Below are positions 57,606 to 64,000 of a DNA stretch of 64,000 bases, one piece after another. How positions within the stretch are numbered: the first letter of the stretch is position 1; the number at the start of each line of letters is the position of its first letter. Made by a program: the position numbers and the translations under genes. The stretch comes from the human T2T-CHM13v2.0 reference genome, Homo sapiens. Under the pieces are notes generated by a model that did not search any database, was not told the DNA's origin, and saw only the letters and a program-made list of their open reading frames with translations. The stretch lies in NCBI RefSeq assembly GCF_009914755.1, contig NC_060938.1; one strand, 5' to 3'.

Positions 57606-57934
57606 TTTTCATTATATTATCAACACTAAGATATCCTTATATTTTTAATGCCATAATCACTTTTCCAATTCTTCTGAATTTGACAAAACATTTTATTGAA
57701 TTTTATCCTTCTTTCCTCCAGTCTTTCTTAACACTCCTCTTTCTCTCCGTAAAATAAACTTTCTTTGATTTATTGTCTGTTTTCTTTTATATTACTACAA
57801 CATCTACCTAACTGGCTTTCCTATGCCATTTTGTTCTATTTCACTACATTACAAATATTGCTATTAAAATAATTATCAAATTTAGTTATCTGTTGAAATA
57901 TATTACTGTCAAAGTGATTATACATATACTAAGA

Positions 57935-58195
57935 CAGTAGCTTTCAAAATGTTGTGACTATGACACAAGAAATGTTTTTTTACACTGCAATGGTATATGC
58001 ATACATATGTAACTGAAACACACACACACGTGCAAAACATGTTTTACAAACCAGGACTTATCCTATTGTATGTAACTCAATTCTTTTCTATAATGTTTTG
58101 GTTTATTCTGGTCTATGATTTTTTTAACTGTTGATAAAAAGTCACTAAATTGACCCACAAATAAATTTTGACTTGCATTTTGATTATTGGCCCTA
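57935..58195. mobile_element. hAT-Charlie-like DNA transposon remnant
   Basis: cagtagctttcaaaatgttgtgactatgac...cactaaattgacccac. Confidence 0.5.
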
Positions 58196-58430
58196 GACTT
58201 CAGTTATCCACTGTAAGAGTCATGGTATTTTGATTATTTTAAATTGCTGCTTATTGTCCAGCAAGTCATCACAGAGAAATGTAAATTTACTCGACGATGA
58301 AATAGAAGACCTGGAATTGCTCCCATCTTGCTGAAAACCAGATCATTACAAATATATAATATCAGTTTATACTTCTTAAGATGTTATTCTGTAAATACAT
58401 TACTTCTAATATTCACATTTTAAAAAATAT

Positions 58431-58714
58431 GCAGAGTCTTGCTGTATCTCCCAGGCTAGAGTTCAGTGACATGATCATGGCTCATTCCAGCCTAAACCTC
58501 CTGGACTCGAGTGATCTTCCTTTCTCAGCCTTCCAAGTAGCAGGGACTGCAGGAGTGCACCACCCTGCCTGACTAATTTTTATGTTTTATTTTTACAGAG
58601 ATGGAGGTCTAACTATGTTGTCCAGGCCAATCTTGAACACCTGGCCTCAGGTGATCCTCCTGCCTTAGCCTACCAAAGTGTTGGGATTACAGGTGTGAGC
58701 TACACCATCTGGCC
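58431..58714 (-). mobile_element. AluJ, tail eroded
   Basis: Dimeric, with J-type atcatggctcattccagcctaaacctcctgg. Ends ...catctggcc. Confidence 0.88.
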
Positions 58715-58734
58715 CAGATTTAAATCCTCAAATA

Positions 58735-60285
58735 TGGTACTGGCATAAAATCAGACACCTAGACTAATGGAACAGAGTAGGGAACCCTGAAACAAATCCA
58801 CTCATCTACAGTGAACTCATTTTTGACAAATTTGCCAAGAACATACACCAGGGGAAAAACAGCCTTTTCAAGAAATGGTGCTGAGAAAACTGGATATTCG
58901 CCTCCAAAAGAATGAAACTAGATACCTATCTCTCACCACATATAAAAATCAAATAAAAAATGGATTAGAGACTTAAATCTAAGACCTCAAACTATGAAAC
59001 TACTACAAGAAAACACTAAGGAAAACCTTCATAACATTGGTCTCTGCAAAAATTTCTTGAGCAACATCCCACAAGCACAGGCAACCAAAACAAAACTGGA
59101 CAAATGAGATCACATCAAGTTAAAAAGCTTCTGCACAGCAAATGAAAAAACCAACAAAGTGAAGAGACAACCCACAGAATCAGAGAAAATATTTGCAAAC
59201 TACCCCTCTGAAAAAGGAGTAATAACCAGAATATGTAAGAAACTCAAACAATTCTATGGGAAAAATTATAATCATCTGATCAAAAGATGGGCATAATGTT
59301 TGAATACACATTTCCCAAAAGAAGAAAAAAAAAGGCAAACCAGCATGTTAAAAAGTGCTCAACATCATTGATCATCACAGAAATACAAATCAAAACTACA
59401 ATGAGATATCATCTCTCTCCTGTTAAAATAGCTTTTGTCCAAAAGACAGGCAATAACAAATGCTGGAGATAATGTGTTGAAAAGGAAACCCCTGTACACT
59501 TGTGGTGGGAATGTAAATTAGTATAATTACTGTGGAGAACAGTTTGGAGGTTCCTCAAAAAACTGAAAATAGAATTACCATATGATCCAGCAATCCCACT
59601 GCTGGGTATATACCCAAAAGAATAGATATCAGTATATTGAAGAGATAACTGCAATTTTGTTTGTTGTGACATTGTTTGCAATAGCTAGGATTTTGAAGCA
59701 ACGTAAGTTTCCATCAATAGATTAATGGATAAAGTAAATACGGTACATGTACACAATGGAGTACTATTCAGTCATAAAAAAGTAGTGCGATCTAGTCATT
59801 TTCAACAGCATCAATAAAACTGGAGATAATTATTTTTACTGAAATAAGCCAGGTATAGAAAGACAAACATTGCATGTTCTTAGTTATTTGTGGGATCTAA
59901 AATTAAAACAATTGAAATTTTGGATATAAATTCTAGAAGTATGGTTACCAGGGGCTAAGAAGGGCAGTGAGGGGCTGAGGAAGAAGTGGAGATGGTTCAT
60001 GGATACAGAAGAAAAAAAAAGAAAGAAAGAATGAACAAGACCTAGTATTTGCTAAGGATAACAAGGTGATTATACACAATAACTTAATTGTACATTTAAA
60101 AATAACTAGAAGAGTGTAACTGGATTATTTGAAACACAAAGGATAAATGCTTGAGGGGATGGATGCCCCATTCTTCTTGATGTGATTGTTTGACATTGCA
60201 TGCCTGTATCAAAACATCTCATATACCTCATTAATATATGTACCCACAAAAATTAAAAATGTAAATTAAAAAAATAAACTAACAA
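58735..60285 (+). mobile_element. 5'-truncated L1MA (L1MA1-3-like)
   Basis: ORF2 C-terminus and L1MA 3'UTR (aaaggataaatgcttgaggggatgg). TSD taaatcctcaaata (58721-58734) / taaatcttcaaata (60286-60299). Confidence 0.9.
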
Positions 60286-61119
60286 TAAATCTTCAAATAG
60301 ATTATGATTTTCTTTCTCATCGATAATCCTCCACCCTTTAGTTTTTACTACTCTCAGCAACTTACTTTGCCTAAAGTGAGCACTTACATCTATTTCTACT
60401 AAAAAATGCTCAGCCCCAAGAAATCAGTATCATAGATGAACTATAATGTGTATTTTATATAATATTAGAGTTTGGGGCACCTGAGAAGCTAATTATTCCT
60501 CTGACTCATGAAATTCTTCAACAATGTCTCTCATAGAAATTGATTGTGGTTAGAAAACTTCTGGGAAAATGGGAGGCATTGATCATAGCAGGAAAAGAAA
60601 TGGAAGTTACCTAAAAGAAATTGAAAAGAGAAAATAGAACAACACTTATCTGAAAATAATTAATTATTAAATGTAAAAAGTAGGTTTAAAACAGAAACAA
60701 CAAATTTAGAAAAATAAACAGCAGATAAATGAAAACGATGTGGATTTGGTGTCAATATTCTCCTTTTTATCTTCCCCTGTTGGCTCCTTGGCTTCATCAT
60801 AAGGCAGTTCATATTATTTACCCTTTTGTTAACTTGCAATTTTTATGTTTAAATATGATCCCTTGAAGGACATTGCAGTAATAAATACACTGATCTACTC
60901 TTAGTTAAAACACTATCTCTTGTGTAAAAATCAGCTTACTCTATCTGCTGAAATACACTAAACTAGCAATAGACTTTACATTTCTCATTCTTGGAATTTG
61001 ATAGCCATGGTTTACCTTTGTTTTTTGTTTTTAATTTGTCTTTAAATGCTTTTTAATTTGTGTCAGAAACCTGTGAAGTTAGTTTCTTAATGTTGATTCT
61101 TCGGATCTCTTGGGTTTTA

Positions 61120-61319
61120 TTTTATTTATTTATTTATTTACTTATTTATTTATTTTGAGACAGAGTCTCACTCTGTCCCCTGGCTAATTTTTGTTTTTTA
61201 GTAGAAACGAGGTTTCACCGTGTTGGCCAGGCTGGTCTCAAACTCCTGACCTTAGGTGATCTGCCTGCCTCAGCCTTGCAAAGCGCTAGGATTACAGGTG
61301 TGAGCCACTGTGCCTGGCC
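61120..61319 (-). mobile_element. AluS with most of the right arm deleted
   Basis: (TTTA)n tail, gagacagagtctcactctgtccc joined directly to ctggctaatttt, and a complete left arm. Perfect 15-bp TSD atctcttgggtttta (61105-61119 / 61320-61334). Confidence 0.92.
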
Positions 61320-63040
61320 ATCTCTTGGGTTTTAAATGCCTTTCTGTCTTCTACCTGAAATTTCTAGGTTGATCCTTTTTAAACCAGTATTTTCAGGATC
61401 TGAACTACTGTCAATGTTAAGTGTCAACATTACTGTGAATTCAACTGAAGAACTTTTCATATCATCAAGATACTCAGTTCCTTTTCTGTATAATTGTATC
61501 TTTCAGCATTTGAAAATGAATTATAGGACATGATAGTGCTGGCATTTCCACTGGTAGAAGATATGATTCTTTCCATGTTAATTAGTTTAAGTAATACATT
61601 GTTGACATTTACTTCAGTGAACAAAACAAACAATAAAAAGGCAATGTTAGAGGTACGGAATAAGCCTATATAAAATAATTTGAATGTGTCTTAACACAAT
61701 ACTTACAAATAAATTATTCATTTACCTTATTATTGCCCTCATAAGGCAAGTATAATGTGTCTGCAATTAAATTGAAATCTAGAATTCATATTAATAAAAT
61801 AAAGTTAAGAAAAAAGTCTTCTAGAAAATTGTCTAATAAATTATCTTTATATTTCAATAATATTATAATTTAATATATTACTTGGCAGCTAGACAGCATT
61901 TTAAAAAAGTGATGCCTTAGTGAGTAGTTTGTGAATCAGATATATGGATTCCTTTTGCATTTATATACTGACCTGATATAAAATACACTTTTCCATTAGG
62001 CAAAACATTAACAGGGATTATGAATAACCTAGCAGCATGTATTAAGGTGACATAAGTAGAATTTGTTTTACATTTTAATACATGTATTAACAACTGAGAC
62101 ATCACAAAGTAAATTTCCAATAGATCATTACAATTCTTTGCAATATCAAGCCTTCAAATAATCTCTTACAACACACAAAGAAAACACATTTGCAATTCAT
62201 GCATTAAAAGTTTTAGAATCATTCATTATTAAAGTTTCAGAAGGCTGAGTAATATTATGAATTTGTCAGATTAATACATATGCATATATGATTGATGAAT
62301 TATACTTTCATAACAGCCCTTTCAAGTTTAACTTTTTCTTCTAATGGGACAGGTGGTCTTCAAGCTAAACAACATTGTGAACGTAAATAAATATGAATTC
62401 ATTCTTAACACCATGCATCCAGCACAGTCATTTACATGACGTTTTCTCATTCAGTTAAAAATGCCTCCAGTGAAGAGTAAACAAACAGGATAGCAAACCA
62501 CTATGAAATAATTCTAAATTGAATTTTTAGTTACTCAGCTGTTACACTCATGGATTTTGATGATTTCAGTTGGAAACTCTGTATTTATGTGCATATGATT
62601 TTTGTTGAGGAAAAATACACTCAACTTGTAGGCTTTTACGGAGTAACCATTTTTATTTTTTATAAAAAGAAGTCAAAAAATTTAGTTTCTGTCTGATACT
62701 TTAATTGATGTTGATTTATCATATATTTATCATCCCATTTTTTTCCTGCAAAATGGACTGTACCCATCAGTGGTATCTAAAAGAAGGGCAGCAGAAGCAG
62801 TCTGCTAGATGCAGTATTTCATCAATGTCATTGTTTAAAATCAACAAGCAAACTGTCTTTTAGTTGGTTTTATCATTGTTTTAAAGATTTTTAACATAAA
62901 ATACACCCCTTTTTGCACACATCCTTGGTATTTTCTTCACATCACCTGTATTGCATGATTGTTAAGATTAAATAAAACTTGTGTGGACCTGGCTATTTTG
63001 ATATTGTGTGCATTTTCCTTGTCTTAAAAAATAAGTAAGC

Positions 63041-63343
63041 GGCCAGGTGCAATGGCTCAAGCTTGTAATACCAGCACTTTGGGGAGGCAGAAGCAGGCGA
63101 TCACTAGAGCTCACGAGTTCAAGACCAGTCTGGACAACATGGTGAAATCCTGTCTCTACAAAAAAATACAAAAATTAGCCGGATGTCGTGGTGCATGCCT
63201 GTAGTCCCAGCTACTTGGGAAGCTGAGGTGAGAGGATGTCTTGAGCCAAGGAGGTAGAGGCTGCAGTGAACTGAGATCGGGCTACTGCATTCTAGCCTGG
63301 GTAATAAAGCCAAACATTTTCTCCAAATAATAATAATGATAAC
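63041..63343 (+). mobile_element. AluJ with (TAA)n tail
   Basis: ggccaggtgcaatggctca...gaggctgcagtgaactgagatc. Flanking repeat aataagtaa (63030-63038 / 63344-63352). Confidence 0.9.
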
Positions 63344-63941
63344 AATAAGTAATTCTAGACATAAGTGCAATTTTAATATTTGGAATAACATTTCTTCATA
63401 CATATATATATATATTTATAAAGTAAAATCCCAAGATTGTCTCCATTTGTTTTATTTGAGCTGTAAAAATGAAGTGATTATTCAAAACACTTTCACAAGG
63501 TACCTGAAAACAAAATATGTTTGCCAAATTTTTTACATAAAAATACTCTGTTCTAAATGTCCTAAATAATTAGCTCTTAACTAATACATGGGTTGATTAT
63601 GGTTAGATCATAACTATAGAAGACTACTTCATATTTCAAAATTTTTGAAATATTTCAAACATATAATCACAAAATTTTTAAATATATAAATTGTAGTAAA
63701 ATAGTTACATAAAATATAATTTATTAGTTTATTTTAGATACTTTCTATCTCTACTGAATTATGTAGCATTAGATCATACTTTACATATGGACAGATTATG
63801 TGACTAAGTAGTAGACATATAAAGCCTAGGTTTTATAAAGCACTTCTGTATCTGCTGATGACTAATCATATTGAGCACCATTTCATATGATTATTGACAA
63901 CTTAGTTATTTTCCCCTGCTAAGTGTCAAAAGTTAGGTTGT

Positions 63942-64000
63942 AGCCCAGGGTGGTGTTGTATGCCTATACTCCTAGCTACTTAGGAGGCTGAAGTGGGAGG
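63942..64000 (+). mobile_element. Start of an old Alu monomer/arm, cut by the window edge
   Basis: ggtggtgttgtatgcctatactcctagctacttaggaggctgaagtgggagg. Confidence 0.75.

Overview
This is AT-rich, CpG-depleted primate genomic DNA. An AluY-type element indicates a catarrhine, probably human. It resembles a gene desert or the interior of a very large intron. I find no supportable protein-coding gene, RNA gene, CpG island or CRISPR-like array. Most of the ORF track is LINE-1 ORF2 fragments, Alu/LTR translations, HSMAR2 transposase remnants or chance ORFs. Most of the window is nested interspersed repeats: old L1M/L1ME/L1MC/L2/MIR, L1MA/L1MB/L1PB/L1PA insertions (many with readable target-site duplications, TSDs), solo LTRs, DNA transposons and six Alu-family copies. 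The solo LTRs are MLT1, MLT2, MER31-like, THE1, MST, LTR16, MER54, LTR9-like, LTR21-like and MER41. The DNA transposons are MER44, MER53, MER5, Charlie-like and a near full-length HSMAR2. Subfamily names come from my recall of consensus sequences and need RepeatMasker/Dfam confirmation. The most unusual observations are: (1) an L1MA whose first ~395 nt of 5'UTR are fused ~10 nt upstream of the ORF2 ATG, with ORF1 missing; (2) a candidate MER41-LTR-driven spliced transcript with a short ORF; (3) two twin-priming inverted L1s; (4) an orphan poly(A) insertion with a perfect 14-bp TSD; (5) a possible L1 3' transduction; (6) a fold-back microrearrangement. None of these is demonstrated to be functional from sequence alone.
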